Assembly (NCBI GenBank): GCA_021325135.1
Contig: JAJPHT010000006.1
Location: 18,481 to 82,480 of the forward strand
Direction: 5' to 3'
DNA from: Pseudomonadota bacterium
GTDB taxonomy: Archaea > Thermoplasmatota > SW-10-69-26 > JACQPN01 > JAJPHT01
DNA: 64,000 nucleotides
The notes beneath the pieces are model-generated. The model made no database searches. It was not told the origin of the DNA and saw only the letters and a list, made by a program, of their open reading frames with translations. Shown one piece after another: positions 55,093 through 64,000 of the stretch (position 1 is the first letter of the stretch; every line of letters starts with the position of its first letter). Both the position numbers and the translations under genes were made by a program.

Positions 55093-55821
55093 GTGCCCGA
55101 GGCGCCTCCGGACTTCGGCTCGCTCGTCCACGAGTACGACCGCCACCGGACGGGCTACTCCCCCGCGCTCCTCGACCGCGTGCTGCGCGGACGCGCCGCG
55201 CCTCGCGTCCTGGACGTGGGCGCCGGGACGGGGCTCGCCGCGCGCGACCTGGCCCCGCGGGCCCGCCGCCTCGTGGCCGTGGACGTGTCGGGCCCCATGC
55301 TGCGGGCGTGCCCCGTGGGCGAGCGGGCCCTGGCCAAGGGGGAGGCGCTGCCCTTCCGCGCGGGCTCGTTCGACCTCGTCACCTGCGCGCAGGCGTTCCA
55401 CTGGCTCGACGCCGAGGCCGCCTACCGCGAGTTCCACCGCGTGCTGCGGCCCGGCGGCGTCGCGGCCCTCTGGTGGAAGTACGAGGCGCCGGGCGACCCC
55501 AGCGCGGCCGCGGCCGACGCCGCCTTCGAGCGCGTCGTTGGCAGGCCCGCGCCGACGACGTCGCTGGAGACGGAGCCGCTCCCGGGCCTGCCGGGCCCCT
55601 TCGCGGAGGTGGAGCAGCGCGTCATCCCCTGGTCGCTGCCGCTCACCGTGGAGGGGTACGTGGGCTATCACGCGAGCCGCGAGAACCTGCGGCGCGGCGC
55701 GGGGCCCCTGCGCGAGAAGGTGCTCGCCGAGATGCGCCGAGCGCTGGAGGCGATGCATCCTTCCGGCCGCTTCACGCTGGCCTACGAGCAGCGCCTCTGG
55801 CTGCTGCGCAAGGAGGCCTAG
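55093..55821 (+). CDS. Class I SAM-dependent methyltransferase
   Basis: VLDVGAGTG, FDLVTCAQAFHW, LRPGG. Confidence 0.9.
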   Translation: MPEAPPDFGSLVHEYDRHRTGYSPALLDRVLRGRAAPRVLDVGAGTGLAARDLAPRARRLVAVDVSGPMLRACPVGERALAKGEALPFRAGSFDLVTCAQAFHWLDAEAAYREFHRVLRPGGVAALWWKYEAPGDPSAAAADAAFERVVGRPAPTTSLETEPLPGLPGPFAEVEQRVIPWSLPLTVEGYVGYHASRENLRRGAGPLREKVLAEMRRALEAMHPSGRFTLAYEQRLWLLRKEA

Positions 55822-55822
55822 C

Positions 55823-56581
55823 GTGCGCGTCGCCCTCGTCCTCGTGGCCCTGCTGCTGGCGGGCTGCGCCGATCTCCCTTCGCTCCCGGACCTCAACCCG
55901 CTCCCCGCCGCGCCGGAGGCCTCGCCCCTGGAGTCGATCCTCGCGCTCCCCAACGGGACGCCCGTCGCGACGGAGCCCGTCCACGTCGTCGCGGTGCAGA
56001 ACGGCACGCCAAAATCGGGCCAGGGCTCGTGGAAGGTGCCCAGCCTCGTCACGCTGGAGAACGACCGCGGCGCGCGCCTGGGCATGGTGCTTGACACCGT
56101 GGAGACGACGCAGCACCGCAAGCAGCTTGGCGTGCCCCTCGTCGGCATGCGCCTCCAGGCGCAGGGCACGCTGGCGCGCAACGCCACGGGCGCGGCGCTC
56201 CTCAAGAACGTCACGCGCTGGGCGCCGCTGGACCACGACGGGCCCGAGGTCGCGCCGGAGATCGTGGCCGCGGGCGCCGTCCCTGAAGGCGCCTACATCT
56301 GGCTCCAGCAGGCGACCGTCCAGAAGGTGCGCCACGAGTCCGACGGCGACTACCACGTCGAGCTGTCCATCCCGGGAGGCCGCCTCGTCACCGAGGAGAC
56401 GCCCCCCTTCGGCACGCGCCTCGATCCTCCCCAGGAGGGGGACGCGGTGAGCGTCTACGGCATGGTCCTCTTCGACGCGACCCACGGCTGGTGGGAGGTC
56501 CATCCCGCCCAGTGCTGGAGCCGGTCCCGCTGCGCGCCCCCCCTGGACGCCGTCTCGGGCGCCGGGGGCGGCGAGGACTGA
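55823..56581 (+). CDS. Lipoprotein with C-terminal OB-fold-like domain
   Basis: Lipobox LAGC; DGDYHV...GDAVSVYG..FDATHGWWEVHP. Confidence 0.75.
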   Translation: MRVALVLVALLLAGCADLPSLPDLNPLPAAPEASPLESILALPNGTPVATEPVHVVAVQNGTPKSGQGSWKVPSLVTLENDRGARLGMVLDTVETTQHRKQLGVPLVGMRLQAQGTLARNATGAALLKNVTRWAPLDHDGPEVAPEIVAAGAVPEGAYIWLQQATVQKVRHESDGDYHVELSIPGGRLVTEETPPFGTRLDPPQEGDAVSVYGMVLFDATHGWWEVHPAQCWSRSRCAPPLDAVSGAGGGED

Positions 56582-56617
56582 CGCAACCTTGAGAACGGGT
56601 CGCGCGCTCGCCCCCGT

Positions 56618-57478
56618 GTGCAGTACGCGCTGGAGACGTGCCGCGACCCCGAGGAGCTAGCCCGCTTCGAGGCGGCCCACGGCTCCAAGCGCGGGCCCGC
56701 CGAGGTGGCGCGCCGCGTCGCGGCCGACCCCGAGGGGACCTTCCTCGCCCGGGGGCCCGACGGGCGAGTGCTCGGCTGCGGCAGCGTGATCGTCCACCGC
56801 GACGCGGGGCAGGGCGCCTACGCGTGGGTGGGCGGCATGATGGTGGACGAGAGCGCGCGCCGGCACGGCATCGCCCGCGCCCTCCTGCGCGAAGGCCTCG
56901 CCCGCGCGGAGCGCGAGGGCGCGCGCACGATCGCGCTGGCCGCCAGCGAGATGGGGCGCCCGCTCTATCTTTCTGAAGGCTTCCGCGACGTGGCCGTGAG
57001 CGCGCGCTGGGAGCGCGCAGGCGAGCCGCGCCTGCCGGAAGGCGGAGCGAGGCGCGTCTCCATCTACCCCATCTCGTCGTGCGAGATCATGGACCTCCTC
57101 CGCTACGACGCGCCGCGCTTCGGCGCCTCGCGCGCCCCGTTCATCTCGGCGGCCATGGCGGCGTTCCCCGAGCGATCGTTCGTCGCCTTCGACCGCGCGA
57201 GCGGCGAGATCGCGGGCTACTGCTGCACGCAGGAGCGCGTCACCGGGCCCCTGGTCGCGGACCACGACGAGGCCGCCGCGCGGCTCCTCCACGCCGCGGC
57301 CCTCTCCGGCGCGCCCCCGCGCGTCGTCGCCTCCGGTGTCAACCCCGACGCGGAGCGCCTCCTGGCCTCGGTAGGCTACGCGCCCGACGGGACGACGTGC
57401 GCGCTCATGGTCAAGGGCCCCGCGCTCCCGGGGCGTCCGCAGGCGATCTACGGGCTGGGCGCCTGGGCGGTGGGTTGA
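56618..57478 (+). CDS. Tandem-domain GNAT N-acetyltransferase
   Basis: MMVDESARRHGIARALL, ASEMGRPLY..GF, GPLVA; probable paralogue of 37321-38190. Confidence 0.88.
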   Translation: MQYALETCRDPEELARFEAAHGSKRGPAEVARRVAADPEGTFLARGPDGRVLGCGSVIVHRDAGQGAYAWVGGMMVDESARRHGIARALLREGLARAEREGARTIALAASEMGRPLYLSEGFRDVAVSARWERAGEPRLPEGGARRVSIYPISSCEIMDLLRYDAPRFGASRAPFISAAMAAFPERSFVAFDRASGEIAGYCCTQERVTGPLVADHDEAAARLLHAAALSGAPPRVVASGVNPDAERLLASVGYAPDGTTCALMVKGPALPGRPQAIYGLGAWAVG

Positions 57479-57527
57479 GAGGAACCGGCGAGAAGGGTCT
57501 TCCTCCCCTCCCGCGCAACCTGCGCGC

Positions 57528-57950
57528 ATGGACCCCACGGACTGGCGCGCAGGGGCGCCCACACCTCCCGAGAGCTTCAGCGGCATGGGCATGGACGAGA
57601 TCCACCTCGCGGACATCAAGGGCCGCCGCGTCATCGGCAACCACGGCACGACCCTGGGCACCATCGAGGACGCGGCCATCGACCCGCGCACCTGGCGCGT
57701 CTCCGGCTTCGTCGTGAGCCTGCGGCGCGACGTGGCGGAGCGCTTCGACGTGGAGCCCCGGCACCACCGCGGCGGCCTCTTCGAGCAGGGGGGCCCGCGC
57801 ATCCAGATCGGCGCCGAGCGCGTGCAGACCTTCGGCGAGAACGTGATCCTCAACGTCGACGCGGACCAGATCGCCAGCACGCTGCGGGCGGCCTCGCCGG
57901 GCGAGGAGAACGTCGACTACACCGACGAGCCCCCCGGCCGCGCGTTCTGA
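57528..57950 (+). CDS. PRC-barrel domain protein
   Basis: IKGRRVI..GTTLGTIEDAAIDP..WRVSG. Confidence 0.8.
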   Translation: MDPTDWRAGAPTPPESFSGMGMDEIHLADIKGRRVIGNHGTTLGTIEDAAIDPRTWRVSGFVVSLRRDVAERFDVEPRHHRGGLFEQGGPRIQIGAERVQTFGENVILNVDADQIASTLRAASPGEENVDYTDEPPGRAF

Positions 57951-58026
57951 GCCCCGGCAGGCGGGCGAGGGGCCCCACCGTCGGGGCTCCGGCTCAAGCG
58001 AACCCATATCGTGGGGGAGGGACAGC

Positions 58027-59940
58027 GTGGAGAGCGTTGTTCGCATGGGCGAATCAGGGTCCGCGCTCCCCCGGGGCCGCGCGCGCGTGATGCTCGTCGA
58101 GGACGAGAGCGCGACCGCGGCGGCGCTCCGCAAGAGCCTCGCGAGGCTGGGCTACCAGGTGGCGGCCAGCGTGCCCAGCGGCGAGGAGGCCCTCACGGCC
58201 GCGCGGCGGCATCGCGTCGACGTCGTGCTCATGGACGCGCGCCTCCAGGGGGATGCGAAGGAGCTCCGCGAGGCGGCGGACGCGCCCGTGATCTACCTCG
58301 GCGCCGCGGAGCCCGAGGCCCTGGACGGCGCGCGCGAGGGCGGGAGCCACGGCTCCATCGCGAGGCCCTTCGAGGAGAAGGACCTGCGCGCCGCCATCGA
58401 GACGGCCCTGCGGGACAGCGCGGCGCGGCGGGAGCGCGAGGCGGAAGGCACGGGAGAGTCGCGCGAGCGCCACCTCCAGGAGGTGATCGACCACAGCCCC
58501 GCCCTCGTCTACATGAAGGACCTTCAGGGGCGCTACACGCTGGCCAACCGCGAGTTCGAGCGCGTGTTCCGCACGCGGCGGGCCGACCTGCGGGGCAAGG
58601 TGGACCGCGAGGCGCTGCCCCTGGAGTTGCGCGACGCGCTCCAGGCGGACGACGAGCGCGTCCTGCGCGAGGGGACGCCGCTCCAGGCGCGGGTCCAGCT
58701 TCCCGGCGATGAGGGGCCCCACGACTACGTGGCGCTGCGCTTCCCGCTCCTGGACGCCGCCGGGAGGCTCGACGGCGTGTACGGCGTCTTCACGGACATC
58801 ACGGAGATGACGCGGGCGGAGGCCGCGCTGCGCCAGACCGAGGCGCGCTACCGGATGATCGCGGAGTCCAGCACGGACGTCATCACGCTCACGGCGGCGG
58901 ACGGTGTCCTCCGCTACGTCTCCCCCGCGAGCCGGCGCCTCCTGGGGTACGAGCCTTCGGAGCTCGTGGGCATCAGCGGGCTCGCCATCATCCACCCCGA
59001 CGACGCGGACCGCGTGCGCGCCACGCCGACGCCCCCTCCCCAGGAGGGGATCGCGCCGCCGATCACGTTCCGCGCCCGCAAGAAGTCCGGGGAGTACGTC
59101 TGGGTGGAGGCGAGCCTGCGCGCCATCGAGGAGCCCATCTCGGGCGAAGGGCCCCTCGTCCTCGCCGTGGCCCGGGACGTCACCGAGCGGCGGCGCGTGG
59201 AGGAGGAGGTCCTCCGGCTCAACCAGGAATTGGAGCGGCGCGTCGACGAGAAGACGAGGCTCCTCTCCGTCGCGAACCGCGAATTGGAGTCGGTGGTGCA
59301 GACCGTCTCCCACGACCTGCGCGCGCCCATCCGGGGCATCTCCCAGCTTGCGGACGCGCTGCGCGAGGACTACCCCCTCTCGCTTCCCCCGGAGGGGTCG
59401 AGCCTCGTGGACCGCATCCAGGCCGCCAGCCGGCAGCTCTCCGACCTCGTCAACGAGCTGATGAGCTTCGCGCAGTCGCGGAAGGTGGAGCTTCGCAAGG
59501 CGCCCGTGGACCTCAGCGCCCTGGCGGAGGACGTCCTGGCGGCGCTGCGGCGCGCCGAGCCGGAGCGGGACATGGAGGCGCGCGTGACGCCCGGCCTCGT
59601 CGCCCAGGGGGACGCGCCGCTTCTCCGCCTGGTGCTGGAGAACCTCATCGGGAACGCGTGGAAGTTCACGCGCGGCCGCAAGCACGCCATCATCGAGTTC
59701 GGCTCGGTCCTCGGGGCCAACGGGGAGGTGGAGTACCACGTGCGCGACAACGGGGCCGGCTTCGACATGGCCGCCGCGGGGCGCCTCTTCGAGCCCTTCC
59801 AGCGCCTCCACCCCTCCCGGGACTACCCGGGGACGGGCCTTGGGCTCTCCAGCGTGCGCCGCATCGTCGAGCGGCACGGGGGGCGCGTGTGGGCGGAGGG
59901 GCGCGTCGGCGAGGGCGCCACGTTCCACTTCACGCTCTAG
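58027..59940 (+). CDS. REC-PAS-PAS sensor histidine kinase (start may be ATG 58045)
   Basis: LVEDE receiver; two PAS; VSHDLRAP, NAWKF, DNGAGF, FQRLH, GTGLGL. Confidence 0.93.
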   Translation: MESVVRMGESGSALPRGRARVMLVEDESATAAALRKSLARLGYQVAASVPSGEEALTAARRHRVDVVLMDARLQGDAKELREAADAPVIYLGAAEPEALDGAREGGSHGSIARPFEEKDLRAAIETALRDSAARREREAEGTGESRERHLQEVIDHSPALVYMKDLQGRYTLANREFERVFRTRRADLRGKVDREALPLELRDALQADDERVLREGTPLQARVQLPGDEGPHDYVALRFPLLDAAGRLDGVYGVFTDITEMTRAEAALRQTEARYRMIAESSTDVITLTAADGVLRYVSPASRRLLGYEPSELVGISGLAIIHPDDADRVRATPTPPPQEGIAPPITFRARKKSGEYVWVEASLRAIEEPISGEGPLVLAVARDVTERRRVEEEVLRLNQELERRVDEKTRLLSVANRELESVVQTVSHDLRAPIRGISQLADALREDYPLSLPPEGSSLVDRIQAASRQLSDLVNELMSFAQSRKVELRKAPVDLSALAEDVLAALRRAEPERDMEARVTPGLVAQGDAPLLRLVLENLIGNAWKFTRGRKHAIIEFGSVLGANGEVEYHVRDNGAGFDMAAAGRLFEPFQRLHPSRDYPGTGLGLSSVRRIVERHGGRVWAEGRVGEGATFHFTL

Positions 59941-60467
59941 TCGACCGGGCGCACGTGCCCCGTCTCGTTGTCGTAGAGGAGGCCGAAGACCTCCAGGTCG
60001 CGCGGCATGTAGGGGTGGCCGCGCACCATGGCGACGCTCAGGCGGACGTTGGCCTCGGGGTCCGGGAAGCCGCCCAGCCAGCGCTGGAAGTCGGGCCGCA
60101 TGACCTCGTGCAGGGGGACGCCGGTCGTGCGCGCGATGCTGTTCGCGATGCGGAACTCGCCGCGGCCCACCACCGTCATGCCGCACTTGGTGTGCCCCAT
60201 GACGGCGACGTGCCGCACGCCCAGGAGATGCACCGCGACGATGAGGCTGCGCAGCGTGCCGTCGTCCACGACGTTGCCCGCGTTGCGGATGATCTTGGCG
60301 TCCCCGTGCTGCAGGCCCAGCACGCGCTCCACGTTGTGCCGCGTGTCCATGCACGCCACCACCGCGAGGCGCTTGCCCGGCGGCGCCGCCAGCTCGCGGT
60401 CCATGGGGTCGAACTCGCTGATCGCGTAGTGGGCATTCCCCTTCAGCAGGTCGTCCCGCACGCTCAT
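59937..60467 (-). CDS. Beta-class carbonic anhydrase
   Basis: ACMDTR, IRNAGN, GHTKCG. Confidence 0.93.
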   Translation of the reverse strand: MSVRDDLLKGNAHYAISEFDPMDRELAAPPGKRLAVVACMDTRHNVERVLGLQHGDAKIIRNAGNVVDDGTLRSLIVAVHLLGVRHVAVMGHTKCGMTVVGRGEFRIANSIARTTGVPLHEVMRPDFQRWLGGFPDPEANVRLSVAMVRGHPYMPRDLEVFGLLYDNETGHVRPVD

Positions 60468-60564
60468 GGTGGCGCGGATGCGGGACCGCCGCATCAGCCT
60501 TCTGGAGTCGTTTCACCCCACCCCGACGGGAAGGCCCTCGGCGCCGCCCGGCCGTGGGGAGGGC

Positions 60565-61497
60565 ATGGCCCTGGCGGGACTCGACGACGCGCGCCACTCG
60601 GTGCTGGGCAAGGCGCGGCCCCTCTCGCAGTCCTCGCTGGGGGCTTTTCTAGAAGAGGAGGGGCGCCGCGCAAGCCTGCTGGCCCCCGCGGAGTTCGGCC
60701 GCTACGAGGTGAAGGAGGTGGACGTGAAGTCCGCCCTCACCGTCTGCCGCATGCCCGGCGAGCCCTGGTCGCTCAACCCCTACGTGGGCTGCTCGCACGA
60801 CTGCGCGTACTGCTACGTCCCCGACGTGGCCCACGTGCAGCGCGAGCGGTGGGGCCGGTACGTCATCGTGAAGCGCAACCTCCCCACCGTGCTCTCCCAC
60901 GAGCTGAAGCGCAAGGGGAAGCGCGCGGTGTTCCTCAGCAGCGCCACCGACCCGTACCAGCCCGCCGAGGGGACGCACCAGGTGACGCGCCGCTGCCTGG
61001 AGCTGCTCTCGCGCGCCGACTGGCCGCTTCGCGTGCTCACGCGCAACCCCCTGGTGCGCCGCGACGTCGACCTGCTCTCAAGGTTCTCCAGCGTGGCCGT
61101 GGGCATGTCGGTCCCCACGCTGGACGAGGAGGCGCGCAAGCTCGTCGAGCCCGGCGCGCCCCCCATCGAGGGCCGCCTGCGCGCGCTGCGGACGCTGGCC
61201 GACGCCGGGCTGCCGACCTACGTGAACCTCGCGCCCGCGTATCCGCTCAGCGGCGGCGTGAAGCCCTCCGACCTCGCGGAGGCGTTCCGCGAGGCGCGGG
61301 TGGGCAAGGTGTACGTCTGGCCGTGGCGCTACCTGGACGGGGTCGTGCCCGCGCTGCGCGAGCGGCTCGCGGGCCACGAGGCTGAGCGCGCGTTCGTGGA
61401 CGCGGTGCAGGACCCGCGCTACTTCGACCGCCTCCTGCGGCAACTGCGCGCCGCGTTCCGCGAGGCGGGGGTCGCGCTGGAAGGCGGGGCGCGTTAG
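60565..61497 (+). CDS. Radical SAM protein, SplB-related/Rv2578c-like
   Basis: NPYVGCSHDCAYCY, SSATDPYQPAE. Confidence 0.9.
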   Translation: MALAGLDDARHSVLGKARPLSQSSLGAFLEEEGRRASLLAPAEFGRYEVKEVDVKSALTVCRMPGEPWSLNPYVGCSHDCAYCYVPDVAHVQRERWGRYVIVKRNLPTVLSHELKRKGKRAVFLSSATDPYQPAEGTHQVTRRCLELLSRADWPLRVLTRNPLVRRDVDLLSRFSSVAVGMSVPTLDEEARKLVEPGAPPIEGRLRALRTLADAGLPTYVNLAPAYPLSGGVKPSDLAEAFREARVGKVYVWPWRYLDGVVPALRERLAGHEAERAFVDAVQDPRYFDRLLRQLRAAFREAGVALEGGAR

Positions 61498-61550
61498 GCT
61501 TCAACGTCGCGACCAACCTCCTTAGGACGCTCCCCCCGCGGTGGGGCCCC

Positions 61551-62216
61551 ATGCGCGCCCTTGTCCTCCTCGTGCTCGCCCTTCTCGCCGCCGGATGCAC
61601 GCAGCCCAACGCCCCCGTCCAGCCCGCCAGCGTGACGCCCGCGACGCCCACTGACGCACCCCCCGCCAACGCGACGGCCAACGCCACCGAGGAGCCCCCC
61701 ACCGCCCAGGCCAACGACACGCCCGCGGACAACGGGACGCCGCCCGCGCCGGAAGCGGCCCCCGCGCCGACCCCGTGGAACCTGACCGCGAACGCCGCGC
61801 TCGGGTGGCTCGCCGCGGCGAGCACACCCGCGGGCGCCGGCGTCAACAAGACCGACCCGGACCACTGCCCCATCGCGCACGCGACGATCCCCGCGGGCGC
61901 CACGCGGCTCCTCGTCACCTTTGGCGGCGACGTCGCGGGCCAGGCGGGCGTCGCGGCGCTCTCGCTGGAGGTGCGCGACCCCGCGGGCAAGACGGAGATC
62001 CTCTCCTTCGACCCCACGACCGCGACGCCGGGGCAGCCCGCGTCGCTGGCGAAGGCCTACGACGCGCCCGCCGCCGGGGCCTGGACGTTCACCGCGCAGC
62101 CCTCGCCCGCCGCCGCGTCCGCGACGTGGGCCCTCGCGCTCCAGGCGTCGGGGACCGCGCTCTCGGGCGCCCCCGCCTCGCTGGCTCTTGCCAAGGACCC
62201 GTCGTGCTCCGGCTGA
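61551..62216 (+). CDS. Lipoprotein with Pro/Thr/Ala linker
   Basis: Lipobox LAAGC; low-complexity linker; beta-rich domain. Confidence 0.75.
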   Translation: MRALVLLVLALLAAGCTQPNAPVQPASVTPATPTDAPPANATANATEEPPTAQANDTPADNGTPPAPEAAPAPTPWNLTANAALGWLAAASTPAGAGVNKTDPDHCPIAHATIPAGATRLLVTFGGDVAGQAGVAALSLEVRDPAGKTEILSFDPTTATPGQPASLAKAYDAPAAGAWTFTAQPSPAAASATWALALQASGTALSGAPASLALAKDPSCSG

Positions 62217-62271
62217 GCGATCCGGCATCCGTCAAGGAACGCTCAAGGACGGCCTGGCGGCCGATGCGCGC

Positions 62272-63636
62272 ATGCGTCTCCGCCAAGCCATCGCCCCGGT
62301 CGGCCTTCTCGTGCTGGCCGCCGCCGCCCTCGCGCTCCCGCTCCTCCTGCAGCCGCGGGGAGGCGGCGAGGTGACGACGGCCTCCACCGGGCCGCCCAAG
62401 CCCTTCGCGTTCACGCCGCCCAGGCACGTCGATCCCCTGCGCAACGCCAGCGAGCCGGGCGTCCTGGTGGACGCCGACGGGCGCATCTTCGCGTCGGGCC
62501 CCCTCGACGTCGCCGACGGCTTCCAGGGGCGCCTGTGGCGCAGCGTGGACAACGGCACGACGTGGCAGCTCGTCCACGAGGCGTCCGGCAAGCGCGCGGA
62601 GCCCGGCATCGGGAGCGGAGCCAGCGGCGTCGCCGCCACGAAGGGCGGGCGCATCTACTATGCGGACCTCTGGCTGGGTGATATCAACGTCGCGCGCAGC
62701 GACGACGGGGGGCTCACGTGGACGCAAGCCGCGCCCGCCGCGAGAGGCGTCCCGGGCGCGGATCGCCCGTGGCTGGGCGTCTACGGCGAGAACGTCGTGT
62801 ACCTCGTCTACGACCAGGCCTCCGGGCCCACCGTCTCCAGGAGCCTCGACGGGGGCGTCACGTGGGTTACGCGCCCCATCGTGGACCCCGCCGCCGGAGA
62901 GCGCCCGTGGACGCTGGGCAACGTCCAGGTCGACCCGCGCGACGGGAGCCTCTACGTGCCCTTCACGCGGACCAGCGCGGCGGGGACCGGCGCGGACGTG
63001 TGGTGCGCGCGCAGCTTCGACGGCGGCCAGACGTGGGACGCCGTGAAGGTCCACGCGGGCGAGGGGAGCTCGTCCAACCTCCTCGCCACCAGCGCCATGG
63101 ACTCGGCGGGCAACCTCTACGTCGCGTGGAGCGAGAAGGTCGGGGGCCGCTACAAGGTGTTCGTCTCCCACTCGACCGACAAGGGCGCCCGCTGGAGCGC
63201 GCCCGCGCGCGTGGGCGCGGGCACCGGCAACTCGGTCTTCCCGTGGATCGTGGCCGGCAGCCCGGGGCGCGTCGGCGTCACGTTCTACGGGACGAAATAC
63301 TCGGGCGCGTCGGACTTCGCGCCCATGAACGTCTCGTGGTTCCCGTACTACGCGGAGTCCCTCGACGCGCTCAGCTCGGCCTCCACCTGGACCTACGCGC
63401 CCGCGACGGGCACGCCCAGCCACTACGGAAGCATCTGCGTGCAGGGGATCGGGTGCGACGCGGCGGCGCCCAAGGGGGACCGCACGCTGGGCGACCTCTA
63501 CCAGATGGCCCTCATGCCCGACGGGCGCGTCGTCATCGTGTACGGCGACAACCACGACGCGTGCAAGGCGGGAAGCTGCGGCGACGCCTCCGTGACGTTC
63601 ATCCGCCAGAGCGCGGGGGACCCGCTCTACTCCTGA
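62272..63636 (+). CDS. BNR/Asp-box repeat (sialidase-like) secreted protein
   Basis: Repeated SxDxGxTW; PWIVAGSPGRV and GDRTLGD shared with 38757-40103. Confidence 0.88.
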   Translation: MRLRQAIAPVGLLVLAAAALALPLLLQPRGGGEVTTASTGPPKPFAFTPPRHVDPLRNASEPGVLVDADGRIFASGPLDVADGFQGRLWRSVDNGTTWQLVHEASGKRAEPGIGSGASGVAATKGGRIYYADLWLGDINVARSDDGGLTWTQAAPAARGVPGADRPWLGVYGENVVYLVYDQASGPTVSRSLDGGVTWVTRPIVDPAAGERPWTLGNVQVDPRDGSLYVPFTRTSAAGTGADVWCARSFDGGQTWDAVKVHAGEGSSSNLLATSAMDSAGNLYVAWSEKVGGRYKVFVSHSTDKGARWSAPARVGAGTGNSVFPWIVAGSPGRVGVTFYGTKYSGASDFAPMNVSWFPYYAESLDALSSASTWTYAPATGTPSHYGSICVQGIGCDAAAPKGDRTLGDLYQMALMPDGRVVIVYGDNHDACKAGSCGDASVTFIRQSAGDPLYS

Positions 63637-63878
63637 GCCTTGTCGTCGACCGCGCGCAGGCTCCCCGTGAAGCCCGTCACCTGCCCGCGTTCGCGCAGGC
63701 GGTTGAGCAGCGGGTGGACGTGCGCGAGGGGCACGCGCGCCCGCCGCGAAATCTCCTTGGCGTCCTGCGCGCCGCGCTTCACGGCGTTGAGCACGCGCTG
63801 GGTCTGGGTCAGGGGGGGTCGCCCAGGTCCCTTGCGCGACGAACTCCTCTTCTTCGAAGCCACCACTCTTGCCACCAC
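63627..63878 (-). CDS. Small basic HTH (TrmB-like) protein with AT-hook-like motif
   Basis: KGPGRPP, then AKEISRRARVP..HVHPLLNRLRERG. Confidence 0.65.
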   Translation of the reverse strand: MVARVVASKKRSSSRKGPGRPPLTQTQRVLNAVKRGAQDAKEISRRARVPLAHVHPLLNRLRERGQVTGFTGSLRAVDDKAQE

Positions 63879-64000
63879 AGGACTTTCACAAGAAAGCTCC
63901 GATAAAAGAGAATCGGTCCGGATCGGGCCGGACCGCGCGGCGACGCAAACGGGTTCGAACGAATGCGATCAGGTTGCCCCGGCCCTCGTCGGCCGCGCCG

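Noticed and set aside
60565-61497. Radical SAM enzyme as RiPP maturase for the candidate peptides
   Set aside because: Motifs fit the SplB-related/Rv2578c DNA-repair-associated family; no SPASM or RRE domain and no adjacent precursor.

Overview
High-GC chromosomal DNA from an archaeon, most likely Thermoplasmatota-like. Evidence: an archaeal-type ThrRS with N-terminal editing domain, TrmY, a CxxxY-type CcmE, a split NuoJ, a V4R domain, TATA boxes about 25-30 nt upstream of leaderless genes, and tRNAs without encoded CCA. The core content is an 11-subunit complex I-like operon (nuoABCDHIJ1J2KLMN, no nuoEFG), a three-gene succinate dehydrogenase with an actinobacterial Sdh1/Rv0249c-type anchor, an ABC importer, thrS, trmY, divergent tRNA-Gly(GCC) and tRNA-Leu(TAA), PAS and two-component signalling genes, and many secreted or surface proteins. 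The best candidate for an undescribed system is the translationally coupled three-gene locus at the window start (about 80-2423). It pairs LinL/SdpA-like and LinG/SdpB-like (HTTM) membrane proteins with a large protein carrying an embedded, Cys-bounded, hydrophobic Thr/Val-rich core, suggesting an archaeal linaridin/SDP-like modified peptide system. The intergenic DNA holds several structured elements: REP/REPIN-like inverted doublets (twice), a duplicated hairpin with AGCCTCC repeats flanking a PAS-V4R gene, a hairpin built from 8-mer repeats upstream of nuo, and a long GC hairpin. No transposase, integrase or CRISPR array was found. All family assignments come from motif recognition by eye; no database searches were run.
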